A stretch of DNA of 64,000 nt from Pocillopora damicornis (taxonomy: Eukaryota): positions 620,001-684,000 of the forward strand of contig NW_020847747.1 of assembly GCF_003704095.1 (NCBI RefSeq). The letters are read 5' to 3'. A model generated the notes under the pieces. It worked only from the letters and a program-made list of their open reading frames with translations, searched no databases and was not told the DNA's origin. Each line of letters opens with the position of its first letter. The stretch's first letter is position 1. The translations under genes and the position numbers were made by a program. This document shows, piece by piece, positions 12,936-27,500 of this stretch.

Positions 12936-15563
12936 CAGGGATAGGGACAACAGGGATAGGTGCTCCTAGCGATTTGTACTTGGGCCTCAGTGCTCGTACA
13001 GGGAACCTTCCGATGCTCTTTGGGCGCCATATGATAACAGCAATCACAAGCATAATGATACACACCAGCATGAACACAATCATGCCCCAGATTACTGCCC
13101 AGTCTGGGGACAGGTTTTGAGGCTAAAATTACAAAATGTGAGGAAGTAATATAAATTAGGTCATTCAAACAAGAACTACATTTATCCTTGACAGTCGCCT
13201 CGCTGAACTTTCTCCTTTTTAATTATAACATCGAAACAACATGTAAAAAAAAGTGAGAACCTAAAGATTTCGACTGGAATTGCGGTGTAAAGACTAGCAC
13301 TGCGTGGGAAAAAGTGATGTTGTTTCTTCTTCATCACATCAAAAAGCAATGACAAAATCAACAGTTTCACCCTTTGTAACAAAAAACTTAAATTGTTAGC
13401 ACCAGCTTACCTTTTGGAGGCCGACACCGAGAGAGGTCAAAACTCCCTTTGTTGTCGGTGAAATGGTGACACCTCCGCACGAAACACCAGGAGCAACCAC
13501 ATTCACTATTACCTCTCGGGAAGGCTCTGCGTTGTCATAAAACACAAACGTTCCATTCTGCGTAAAGACATGTACAAAGTAGTCCAGAGAGTCGTTCGAT
13601 TCACGGATAAGAGAGTGAAGTTTTCTAAAGTTTCCATAGTCAAACTTGTCATTTCTGTTCAACAGATGGTTTTTGCGGTATCGTGGATAATGGCTTAGGC
13701 TTCGGTTTTCTGGGTTGATTTCAATTTTGAAAGTCAGTGCCTGCCCATACTGAAAGCAAAATGTTGGATTTGCGATTGTGTTGGTAGAAGGGGCAGTAGT
13801 CGTATTATCACCAACTGCCCTTCGCCGTCTGCGCGTCACGACCGCAGCATCTGGTCTCAACGCATTTTTCACATCATCAATAGAATTTGGCACAAGTGCC
13901 CGCACTGACTGGGTTTTTCGGAAAAACATAATTTCAGTAGGATGTTGCTCGTTGTCGTTATCATTGACTCCGAGCTCTTGGGTGATATTAACAGATTCTG
14001 ATTTTCCTCCACTGTCCACGTACTTCAAAGTTAAAATGCCATCAGAATTTCTTTTTATGTACGTCTTAGTCCTGTTCTCCTCGCATTCAGCATCACAGCT
14101 TACGGTATAAGGGCATAAACAAATGCCATCTTCAGTGGAGAAGGACGCTTCGCTACTATCGCACAGTTCTTGACATTTTACAGTTTCTTCTCCAGGTTTC
14201 ACACATTCTCCCTGAGCAGCTTTTCGAGCTTCACCAGTGCCGCATCGTGGGAATTCCTAGAATTTAAGAGTTTCAGTAACAATGAATAAAAAGTGCTGTA
14301 AGAACTTAAAAACAAGTTTCATTCAAATACAGAGACTCAAATAAAACAACATGCTCATAGCTTGCAGCAACATGAAGGTACGTCTTGCCAGAGGAAAATT
14401 CTTTCTTAAGTAGCACGTGACACAAAGCGAGGACGATAGGCGAGTTAAAAGAGAGAAAAAATTGCAAAAAAACACGTTCGCTTTCAACACGTCACAAAGA
14501 ATGCGATTTCCCGGCAGTAAAAGCTCCATTTGGTTCACATATTAGATACATTCCTGAACATAACAAGGTCCATACCTCAAGCTGACAATTCTTGTCACTG
14601 TTTCCTTCGACCTTCTCATAAGTGACTGGATCAAAAAACACATAACCGGATAAGCATTCACAGGAACCATCCGACACCTGGAAATGTCGGTATTTCCCGA
14701 AACACTCACAAGTTTCCTGACCTTCCGTTGAATCAGCACTGCTTCCGCATTGTTTACAAGCTGTTTTATTTGATTCGTGTTGGTAAGTTTTGGGAGCGCA
14801 GGGCGAACAGTCAGAGGCCGCTGTTGCCATGGAAATAGTTCCACGAGTACCAGGCGGACAAGCTCTTGGCTCTTCAGATTCAAGGGGGCAAAACGCTCCT
14901 TGTGGACACGGATGCACTCTTGGTCCTATGGTACCTCCGGGGCAGAAAAAACCTGCTGGACAGGGATCACATTTAAGACGCTGGGGATGATTACCGTAAG
15001 ACCCCGCACGGCACTTTAGACAGCATCTACTGTGAGAATCACGCTTTCCGCTAGTATTTAAGGCCTCGTAACCAAGATCACAAATAAGCTCTTGAGTACT
15101 ATTTGGTGGGCAGTAATTTGGGTAAGAGCAAGCGATGTCCACCTGCGATCCATTTGGGCAGTAAGAACCTCCTGAGAAAAACAGAAGAAAATCTTAAGTC
15201 CTACACTCTTGGAGCCTATAATCGTAATACATTATAACGAAAAACTTGTATGGCGCATTCTTCATATGACTATGCTCTAAAGTGCTTTAGATTACATTTC
15301 AGGGGGACTTTAGCCGGACTGTATTGAGAAGTTTACAACTTTTTGAAAGCGCATTTTCAGGCGCCCCCGATTTAGGAATGTTTGGAAAAAGGCCAGACCA
15401 CAACACTGGGAGATACGTGATAGAAGAGCGTGGGTTCGCTAACGTCCCTTGCTTAGCAGAACAGAGAAGATGTAGGAGACGTAGCCTACGGTTCTTCGTC
15501 CTCAGTTGTCCGAGAAGACTAAAATGTCTAGCCATTTGCAGATATCATAGCGAACACAACACA

Positions 15564-15598
<35 letters not shown>

Positions 15599-18500
15599 AC
15601 GGCCTAAGGCTTGAACCCTTCATCTCCCGCACGGTAGACCGGCGCTCTACAACATGAGTTGACCAGGTGGCGGATACTACAGGTAGAGCACCTACCTACA
15701 GTTAATAATGATAGAGGGATAAACACATACCGGGACATGGGATGGGTATTGCAGTGGTGGCAGGACAATACGCTCCACCTGGACATAATCTTTCCGCTGA
15801 TGAGCCCTCAGGGCAGTAATACTTGGCTTTGCAAGGTATTCCCTGGATATTGATGGTATCATTAGGACAATAGTGACCACCAGGACAGAAACCACAATCA
15901 TCCCTGCTCCCAGCTCCAGGATTTTCTCGGCGACGGCCTGCTCCGCACAGACTTGGCCCAAGCTGACTTGGACAAAAGTGTCCAATTGGACATTCGCTGT
16001 TATTGTAATTAACCATACCAGTGAGATTACACCAGTAACCGGCTGGACAGGGGAAACAGTCATTCAAGTCTTTGCCGCCAACAATGTCTCGGTATCTGTG
16101 CATAGGGCAGTCAATTGGAGCTTTCCCACGAGGACAGTACTTTCCACGAGGGCATGATAAACCGTATGCCGTTCCTGAACAGAAACACCTCTATTAGAAG
16201 CATGGACAAGATCAATCGCTCCTGACATTTATGTAAATTAATTAAAAATTGTGAAAGTTATTTTTAATTATCCCCTGAACCAACATTACCATTCAAGCAG
16301 AAGCTTCCAGCAGGGCACGGGGTACAGTCTGAAGGTTCCCCATACCCGCCAGTGTAATTCTTCATCGTGTTGTCAGGGCAAGGAATAGGCACGAGCGTGC
16401 CATTAGGACAATAATACCCCATGGCACAAGGACCAGCTTCAACAGGATACCGGTAACCATCTGGGTTTGGATCAGGACTACCAGCTTTACAGTAATAACC
16501 ACCATCACATTTTGCAACCACTTGACCCAGGCGGCAGTAAAAACCAGTGATACATGGCAAACATTGAGATGCATTTGCCAGGCCGCTCATGTTGTCATGG
16601 GTGAATGTTCCATTTGGACATGTCAATGGTACAGTGGTGCCAGCAGGACAGTAGTGCCTTGGGGGACACTTCTCCGGCGTGGCGGTCTTTATTGGACAAT
16701 AATATCCGGCAGGACAGAGGTCACAGCTTTCCTGACCTGCGTTGTGTTGGTTGGAACCTAAAGGAGGAGAAACACTCTTAAATATATAACACCAAAAGTT
16801 GTCAAACATAGTCCTAAGCAAAAAGTGGAACTATATGATATCAAACTAAAATTCATCATGCACCAGCAACAACTTTTTGTCGAAATTGATTGTTTGATGT
16901 TTAGTCGTCAAAAATGACAAACACAAACCTGCACCACACTCCTCTGGATCTGCAGTGCCTCCAGGACAAAAGTGGCCCTCCGGGCACAAATATCCATGGG
17001 GCTGGGATACATTGGCTCTGGAACCTTGGGGACAAAAATACCCTGGTGCACATGGTCCAGTTGGAAACGAGTTATTGTATCCATCACAGAAGAAACCAGG
17101 AGCGCAGTCCAGACAGTCATCGACTGATCGTGCACCTGTGCTGTTGCGGTATGTGCCTGGGGGACACGGAGCTGGTGCTTGCGTTCCTCGGACACAGTAG
17201 TGACCAGTTGGACAAAGGCCGTTTCTTGGATACTCTGGTAATGCTGTGGGGGTGGAGGTGTCAGCTTTTCCTTCGCAGAACCATCCTTCTGTGCACGGGC
17301 CCTTGGGAACTGTTTGTGCATAATCCTATTACGGAAAGACTATATTGGTTATTTTGTACTTGACAGCTTTTCTAGTTCAACACGCATATTTTGTTCCATT
17401 TCAACAATAAGTCGCATGTTGCTTTGCACCAAACGGAAAGATGCCTTTTTCCATACTACTAGATATATTCAGCTTTACAATTTTAAATTTTTTTCAACTA
17501 CTTATGAAGACAGTTTAAAGAGGGCGATGTAATTAACAACACAACATCACCTGACAGAATTGTCCTGAAGGACAGTCCGTGCACATATCAGCAGAGGACA
17601 GCCCAGTGCGATTACCATAGGTTCCTGGAGGACAAGGCACCAAGGTTCCATTTGGACAGTAATAGCCAGCTTTACAAGGTTCAACTGACGACATATTCTG
17701 GAAAGGGCACATGTTCCCTGCTCCACATGGGATACATTCTCCTTGTCCCAAGTTAGGTTGATAAGTTCCAGGAAGGCAGCTTAGTTCAATATGAGTACCT
17801 ACGTATTCAGATGGAAGTTTTAGACAGTTAAAACTGCGATAACTCGCAGTTTCTCTTTTCCCTAACGTTCGTCTGCCATCGTCGAGCGAGGGAGGTTGTA
17901 GGAGCAGACAAAAATGAGGCGATCTACAGAGTTATCTGAGTCCAAAAACGGCTCTCGCCTCTTACAAATAAAAATCTGCGTGATAGCATTGGTGAATCAA
18001 ATTAAATCTCTCTTTTTCCTTCGTCAAACGAGAGCAGTAGTACGAGGAAAGCATATTTTTTCAAATTCTCTGGTGATTTAGGTTCGAGTCTAGTTGATGG
18101 ACACGTGATCTACAAGCTAGAAAATCATGACACCTGGCGAGATTTCAGCAAGTTGTCAGCAAGTTGTGGACGATGTAAATAAAATGGGCTTAATCGGAGC
18201 ATTTACGGTGGAACTAGCCTTTCATTCGTAAATTAGTTGTCGATGTCTGTTTAGACCCCGCTCTCTTAATATCAAGCAAAACCCTACAACTTTGTCGCGG
18301 GCTATAATCAATTACAAAGAAAAAGGTATTTACCAGCAGGGCAAAAGAATCCGCGGGGACAGATGTAACCCATAGATGGGTGAGTTGGCTTTGGTTGGCT
18401 TGACCCTCCAGTGCACACATATCCAGCATCACATGGCGCAGCAACACCACTTAATATACCAGAGCCATTACAATACCTTCCCACAGGACATGGGTTACAC

Positions 18501-21500
18501 TGTGACTTGTTGGAGATACCACCCTCGTTATGGTAAGTACCAGATGGACAGGGCTCAGGATAAGAACCATTGGGACAAAAATGTCCAGGAGGACAAGCAT
18601 CGTTAAGGAATGTGAAAGGGAAGTTCAAATAGTCCGGGTAGTTTATAGCTTGGAGGTCTTTAGCAGGAGCTGGAGACTTGGATGCCTCTGTGCAGTAATG
18701 TCCACCATAACAGTCGCCAGACGGTTGATTAAGGCCTTCTCTACCGCAATACGTTCCCCGTGGACAGTTAGTGCAGTTTTCAATGGCCGTCAAACCTAAT
18801 CTGTCATTATATGTGCCTAGCATCCATCAGGAAGAAAAAGAGGGAAATATTCGTTAATCTAAATTTCAACATCGGGTTGGTCATTTCTATTACCACTACT
18901 TTAGAATGTTGAAAGACACAGAATGTCGAATGACAGTCTCCGCGCACAAAAAATAAGGATACCAACACTACTTACGCTCCGGGCATGGGAAGTCTCGATA
19001 GTCCCCAGTACCAAGCGGGCAATAATGACCAGGAGGACATAATGTTGCATTAACAACGGCCATATTTGTGGCATCGCAGTAGTAACCTTCAGGACAAATC
19101 TCACAAAAACTTTTTCCACGTTCATTTTGGAAGGTACCATTTTCACATCTGACAGGCTGGGCTGTCCCTGCTTTGCAAAAGTGACCTGCTGTGCACAAGT
19201 ATTCTCCGGGTGTTGGTGAACTTTGTCCACCTGGGCAATAATAATCAGCGGCACATTCCTGAGTTGGAGCAAAATTTCCTGTACCAGCACAGTATTTACC
19301 AGGGGTACAATCTCCGCAATTTGCAATTTCTGTGTTCTTTGCTGTATTAGAGAATTTGCCTTCAGGGCAAGGAACTGGGACTCCTGTGCCAGATGGGCAA
19401 TAATGGCCAACCGGACAATCAAACTGGTCTCGCACAGTTGAACTATCATTACAGAAATAACCAGCCGAGCAATTTCCAACAGGTTCAGCCAACGCCACAT
19501 GCGGACAGTACTGACCAAGTTTGCATGGCAACGGTCGTGACGAGCCCCTTGGGCAATAATGACCAGCAGGACAAATGTCACCTGTGAAAAATTAAGTGGA
19601 CTGCTTTAAATACTTCTACGAAGAAAGACGTGTCACGTGACGAGCTTGACTAGCATGGCTGCTACGCTTATCCAGGTTTGGTGAGCAGGATAGAGATACA
19701 CTTTGAAGCTACAGTGTCTCGCCTTAAACCATCACAAAAGATGAGTGCCCAGGGCTTCAGCTCAAACGTTTTGAAGAAAAGTACATCGCTTTAATAACAG
19801 GGCTACTGGGTATGAAATGCCTACGTCAAATAAATCAAATTACGTCTGTATACAATTTAAGTTTTACTTTACCTGTAGTTTTGTTCCATGCTGGACAAAC
19901 ACATTCAAATGCTGTGTAGCAGCTGTCAGCAGGGCTTGTTGCGTTACTGTAACTGGCAACACCAATGTCTCCTGGACGCTTGCTCCAAGATCCGCCAGAG
20001 CAGAAAAAGCCCTCATCACACAAGTCATTGGGCCAAACGCGTGCAGAACCTTCACAGTACTTGCCTGGATCACACAGTTTGCATGACGACTCTGACGCCT
20101 GGTCAGTAACGTTGTTATAAGAGCCTGGTTTGCACGGATATTGTGTGGCAAATTCTGTGCCATTTGGACAAAAATGCCCAGCAGGACATGACGCTGGTGT
20201 GACTGTGGTACCATTACAGTATTTGCCTGAAAATTCCAAAAAAATGAGTATTGATCGAAAGTCTAAACCTTTGCAACAGTAAGTGATAATAAAAAAAACC
20301 AAAAAGAAAGGGACAATAGGTGTTGTTTTGTAGTGATATGGAGTGAGGTTAATAAAATAACGTTAGATTTTGTGATTATAATTTCCAAACCTGCAGGGCA
20401 TGTATCACAAGTTGACATTCCTTCCACAGCTGCATAGTATCCAGGGTCGCATGGATGGAAAGTACTGCTGCCTTCTTGACATTCATGTCCCACGGGGCAC
20501 TGTCCTCCTAAACCCGTGAAATGTTGATCAGGAGCACTAACATTCACACCTGACGTACAGTAGAAACCTACCAACGACGGGAACAACATGAAAAAAGCAA
20601 TGATATTAATCACAGTGCACCATTACACAACCATATTAAGCCACGAGGTTTCCTTCCTAACTCCGTTATTCTCCTTGGTTTCCTGCAGAGAACAACCTAG
20701 GAAGCTTTAAATCAGTGGACAAAAAGAGGGACATACCTCCTTGACATTTTCCAGTGACAGTACTTCGGCCAGCTGTCTCACAGTAGAAGCCACCAGGACA
20801 CTGTGTACATTCAGTTTCATTTGTCAAACCTGTCCTATTACCGATAGTGCCCACCGGACAAGGTTGGGTATCATATCCAGTACCTTCGGGGCAGTAGAAG
20901 CCTGCGGGGCATGGGTCAGGCAAAATTGCACTGATGCATTGATGTCCCGCAGGGCAAACATAACAGGACGAAGCACCTAAAACGCAAAAGAGAGCAGCCT
21001 GAATCGATTTGGTGCAACTCTTGAGGTAAAAGAGTCACTAAATACCAAGAGGGGAGTCTTATTTACTTAAACTTTCCAATTGCAAAACACAGACGCAACA
21101 TAAACTAAGTCAAACCCACGATTTGGTAATTAAGCGAATAACAACCGTGTGGAACACTTTCCATAAGCCAACACCCCTGTTACTGACGTTACTATTATTA
21201 TTTTTTAAGTCCACTACGTATCAAACAGAGAAATCTTGCAAATTAAATACAATTAAAGACCTACCTGTGTGATTCATGTAAGTGCCATTGTAGCATTGCT
21301 GTGGTTTTATCGAACCCTTTACACAGAAGCTTCCAACAGGACAGATGTTGCCCGTTACACCATCTTCTGGATTACTCTTACTAGCATTTCCTTCACAGAA
21401 ATATCCTGCGTCACAATCGCCACTCACACGGAACAACCCAGTTTCACTACAGAACTTCCCTGGATTGCAGCTCACACAATCTTCAAGACGTGCTTTGCGC

Positions 21501-24500
21501 CGCCCAGGCTGGTATGTTCCTTTGGGACACAGAACTGGAGCTGGGGTACCTTCGGGACAATAACTGCCATTTGGGCACTCTGTTCCATATGGTTGATTGA
21601 GTGGCATCTCTTCTGGAGAGCCCCCTCTGCACCAAAACCCCTCTTGACACTTCTTGGTGGGAACCACGTTCCCTATTCCATCACAGTAGTAGCCTGCTGA
21701 ACATGGGAGACATCCTGATTCGTTTTTCAACCCTGTTTCATTGTAAAATGTTCCTAAAAAAGAATATCAAAAGATGATACGTAAAATACTCTCTTGAGTT
21801 ATTAAATTTTAATAACTTATTTGATTATTTAGCAACTTAATTAATTATTCAATTCTGCTAATAACGTAAAACCACCAGTCTACTGATGTCAAATGGTTGA
21901 ATACCGTTTTAAAAACAGAACTTTGTGAAGCTTCCCAGAAATGTTTATCAAACAATTCAAGTCTCTTGCTGCTAAGAACCTTGAATACTTGTTAGGTTTC
22001 CGAGATTTTTCCATTCTAAAGTTTACAATTTATCTGACGCTTGTAACAATTACATCACTGTATAATCTGGTTTCAAACTTATTTTTTCTGGTGAGGCCCT
22101 TACCACTTGGACATCCGATTCCTTCCGATGACCCCTCTAGGCAATATTCACCCAATCTACATGCGTTACCTGTCACGTCATCAGTTGGCGTTGATGAGGA
22201 AGCATTGAGGACACAGTAATGACCTGCAAAGGCAATCAATTTATCAGACACCTGGCCAAGAAACCGTGCGGCAAAACAAACATACAAAAAAGTATTACAT
22301 TGGCGCTTCACCGATCGTTTTCCTCAGCGTAACATAACTTAAATTGAAAGCGGATAATGGTATAGTCAAACAGTTACTCCTTTTTTTTTTCTTTCTTTTT
22401 TTGGCAAAGAAAACTCAGTTATGACACACCTGCTGCACAAGGTCCAGAAGGTTTCGTCAAGCCAGGAGAGCCACAAAAGAGCTTAGGTGGACAGGGCATA
22501 CACTGTAGAGATCTCTCTAGGCCTGTTTCATTACTGTATGTACCAGCAGGACAAGGAAATTGTTTCCCTGTCTTTGTTCCACTTGGACAATAACTTCCAG
22601 CGAGGCATTTGGTTGGATAAATAACACCTGTAAGATTTGTAGCTGGATCGCAGTAATAACCAGCCGGGCAAACCTTACACTGGTATTGTCCTTCTTCATC
22701 CTGATATTCTCCAGGAACACAGTTCTGCGGCTGTCCAACTCCCGTGGGACAACTACTTCCTCTAGGACAAATCACGGTGGAATTATGGGTAGAACCACTT
22801 GGACAGTAATATCCTTGCAAGCATAAAAACAACACTTCTGTTGCACCTGGTAGTGGACAATAGTACCCAGCTGTGCAGTTCAAACAGTCTTCTTCCTTCG
22901 ATTTCCCTACATATGGAGAAAATGTTCCAACTGGACAAGCTACTTCAATTTCAGTTCCTTCCGGACAGTAGTACCCAGCCGTGCAGTTCCTTGGATTGGA
23001 GATAATGTCTCCCCCGCTGCAATAGTAGCCAGCTGTACAGTTACCCTGCGGCTCTGCAAGCCCTTCCTGGCCACAGTAACGGCCTTTGAGGCAACGTTTG
23101 GGTTCGGCAGAACCTTCAGGACAGAAGTGTCCGAGAGGACAAATACCTCCAGTAAAGTTCACAGAATAAAGTGGGCATGTGAAGTCCATTGAGTTGTTAA
23201 AGGTTAAATTCACATTAGGAAGAGGCCTCTTTGAGTATGCTGCTCTTTCACAGTACCATCCTTCATCGCAAGGTCCGTCTGGATCGGTATTACCGTATCC
23301 CTCACAGTACATTCCTGGTGTACATGGAGTGCAGTCAGATGGCTCAGTTGCTCCAGTCTTATTATTGAATGTGCCAGGTGGGCATTTAAATGGTGTAGTT
23401 GTTTCTCTTGGGCAGTAATGTCCTCGGGGACAGACTCCTCCTCCTTGAGATGTGTTAACTGGGTTAGGCCTTATGGCACGGATCTCACAGAAAAATCCAG
23501 GATCACAGGAACCATTTGGAGCTGCTAATCCTTCATGACTACAGTACTTTCCTCCATCACAATCAATACATCCAGAACGGCTTTGCAGCCTTTCATTTGG
23601 TCCATATGTTCCCTCTGGACATGGCTCTGGTCTGTGCGACCCAACAATGCAGAAAGACCCTGCTGGGCAAGGGGCTCCAGTTACAGTATCGTTAGGGGTT
23701 GGAACACTTGCACCTTCGATGCAGTAATAACCTGCATGACATTTGTCAGTTGGATATGTGATACCTGACTTGTGACAGTAGTAACCTTTCGTGCACTTGG
23801 CACATTGGTCCTGCTCCATAAGATTTGTAACATTTCCGAAAGTTCCCACAGGACATGGGAACTGCCTGGCCCATTTAGTACCATTTGGACAGAAATATCC
23901 AGCAGGGCAGTCTAGAGGAGCAATTACTCCACAAGAGACATTTCCTTCACATGACAGGTTCTTTCTTGCTTCATCAGGATCACAATAACTTCCAGCTGGG
24001 CATATGTAACAGAATTCCTGTCTGGAATATGGCTGGTAAGTCCCAGCAGGACATGGATTATGAAGTCCACTTCCTTCAGGACAGAAGTGACCAGGCTGGC
24101 ATTCTTTGTCTGGAGGACTTTGTTGTGTTTCTCCCGCAGGACAGTAAAACCCTTTAGAGCAATTTCCGGGTGGATAGTCAAGTCCATAAGTGGGACAATA
24201 CATACCAGGAATACAAGGCTTACAATTGTTCCTGAACTGGTTGTATTCAGTGTCAGCATAAGTGCCTGGTGGACATGGAGTTGGATAAGAACTCTTCACA
24301 GGACAATAATAGCCTTTTGGACATCTGTCACCATTACTTTGATTGACAGGATGACTATGGACTGTGCTTCCATTGCAATAGTAACCAGCAGAACAAACAC
24401 CAGACTCGCTGTCTAGTTTATCCGTCTCACAATAGTAGCCTGGCGTGCATGGGAGAGGCTCATGAGAACCAACTGGACAGAAGGTACCTTTTTTGCAGAA

Positions 24501-27500
24501 ACCACCAATCTCACCAATCAATGGACAAACAGCCGTCCCATTTGCTATATCACTTATATTAAGAGGCTTCTTTTGCCATGATCCACCAGTGCAAAACCAG
24601 CCTCCTGCACACAAGCCTGAAGGCCGAGACAAACCATTAAATTCACAGTACATGCCAACTGGGCAGGTTTTGCAATCTTCCAGTTTATCACCTAAAGTGT
24701 AGTTTTTGTAGCTTCCTTTAGGACATGGAACAGTGAATGCTGATCCATTGGGGCAATAGTAACCCTCAGGGCAATCAGTGAAGTTGGTTGAAGCATTTGG
24801 ACAAAAATAACCAGGAGGACAGACACGACACTGACTCTGTTTCCACAGGGAATTGTACTTGCCACCAGGACAGGCAAATGGAGACGGTGATCCAACTGGG
24901 CAAAAGTGACCAGGAGGGCAAGGACCTCCAGTATCTGACTGGTTATCTGGATTCCGGTATAGTGCTCCTTCTGTGCAATAATATCCTGCATCACAAGGGC
25001 CAGTAGGCCATGAAAGACCTGCTTCCTCGCAGTACTGTCCCCCAGGACACCTTGAACAACTTCTGAGCGAATCGGCATGCGTTATGTTATTGAAGTGACC
25101 AGCAGGACAAGCTACAGGAGCCTTTGGATCACCTCGCTCACAATAGTGACCACTTGGACAGATTCCAGCATAACCTTTGTGTCCTCCAGAAGGCTGTCTT
25201 TGGTCAGAACCATTGTGACAGAAAAACCCAGCATCACATTCTCCTGTAGTTGTTGTAGCATTAAGGTACGCGCAGAAGTAACCAGGTTCACACGGTTTAC
25301 ATTGGTTCTCCCGGGAAAGGAATTCAACCGGACTATAGGTTCCCCGGGGACAAGGCTGCCAATCATGTCCAGTACCTTCAGGGCAGTACCAACCTGTGAG
25401 GGGATGGCCAGCAATACTTTACAAACTCAACTTTAACACAACTCACTGAATTATCTCACAATACTTACCAGCAGGGCACGGTTCAGGAGACACCCTATTA
25501 ACACAGTAATGTCCTGCAGGACAGGTGTAACATTCTGCAGATTGGGTGTGGTTCATAAATGTTCCTGGGGAACAAGGAATTGGAATGGCTGTGCCGCTGG
25601 GACAGTGATGTCCAATCCAGCAAATGTCACCTGAGGACAAACAATTAAAAAGGAATATACATTTATTAGTTCCTCTTTTTAGCAATATATGATTTTGTTT
25701 GGAATAAAATTATAGAGCAGAACAAAAAGAGTGAGTAACACAAAGTGGCACTTGTTCGATAAGGGAAAGTATTTGTGAGCTTTTTATTAAAAAACAACTA
25801 CTATCAATGAAGGTTCTTAAAGGAATCGCACTCAGTTAGGTTAAGCAAAATGTATCTCACAATACTCACCAGTGATACCGTCAGTTGGTTCATTGACTGA
25901 AGCATTACGTCGACAGAAGAAACCTGCTGAGCAGTTTCCAGACGTTTCATTAAGCCCGTCTTTTGCACAAAATTCTCCTGGTTCACATCCCTTACATTCT
26001 GCTTGAGAGCCAAGCTGTTCAGTTGGCCCATAGGTACCTTTTTCACACGGGATGGTAACATTTGTTCCTCGTGGACAATAATAACTATAGAGAGAAAAAG
26101 GTGAATAAGGATGACCTTTAGTTCTAGCCTTTAAATTATTCCAGCGAGTCACCCTTTGCAAATGATGTTTGTTAGAAGTAGCATATTTACATCCCATCAC
26201 TTTGCATATTAATAGTGAAATATATCCTCCCACGTATACCCATGTTGGCCCCATAATCCTCAGATCTTTAATGTCAAAGCTTTGGAAATTCCTCTACTAC
26301 GGCGGCTTTGACATTCTATGAAAACATTCCACAAATTCCTTACCAACACATCCGTTTCAGGCCTTAGCATTGGAGAAAATATAAAAATTTGGTGAAGCCT
26401 AGAAGAGGAAACTCAAAAGTTTTATTCTTCAAAAGTCAGATAATGGGCCTGTACTTGCATTGTTTCTTTTGGTAACACTTCACTTGCGGCTTTGTTCTTT
26501 TGCTTAGTTTTACACAGATCAACAATCAAATTAATACAACAATACAATAATGATAATGAAAAATACTACAAATAATACCAGCAATTTTTAATAGGCCGTG
26601 GCCTTTGAAAGAGCCTAAAAAGGAGAGCTGGAGCAATTACTTTTTCATTGAGATCTTATTTAAAGAGAACATACTTTTAACTACTTAATGCCAAAATGCG
26701 CCTCACCCTTTGGGGCAAATAATGCCTGTGACACCATCATTAGGAGAGCTGTTGTCAGCTCGATTGATACAATAAAAACCAACTGAACAGTCATTTGTTG
26801 GATAGTCATTCCCTTCACCCTCGCAGTACTTCCCTGCTGGACAGTCAGTACATTCCTCAACTCTTTTTCTATGTGTTTTATCATTGTACGTTCCTAACAA
26901 GGAAATAAAATAAAGTTCAATTCATGTCATTTTTTCATATTTACTCATTAAAATCTATTTTTTTTTTTTGCATTGACCACATGAAAATCTACCAGAGCAA
27001 CGATGTCGAAAAACCAAAGCAATAGCACAAAGTCAGTTGCCGAAAATTAATTATAATTTAAGAGAGAGCGATGACAATGTGCGATATCGGTGGTTGTCAT
27101 AATGACAAGTGGTTAACGTTGTAAGAAAAATAGTTTCAATGACAAATCCTAATAATTGCTTCTCACCTGGCGGACATTTATGTTCCTGAGCGAATTTAGT
27201 TCCATTCAAGCAGTAGTGCCCAGTAATACAAGGCTCTGGAAACTGGACTCCATGTTCACAGTGTGTGGCATTGAGAATGGTTCCATCACAGAAGTAACCT
27301 TCAGGGCAGATTTTACAAGTTGCCTGCTGATGTTCATCTTGATAGGTACCAGAGTCACAAGCCTGTTCACTGACACTACCAGAAGGACAGCTATGCCCTG
27401 GGGTGCAGACATATTCTGCAGGTCTCTTTGTTTTCTGTCCACCAGGACAGAAAAATCCAGGATCACATTCTCCAGATGGTAGCTCAAGACCTTTACTATC

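Noticed and set aside
15600-15673. tRNA gene
   Set aside because: The cloverleaf is degenerate and continues into a SINE body, so it is a SINE head.
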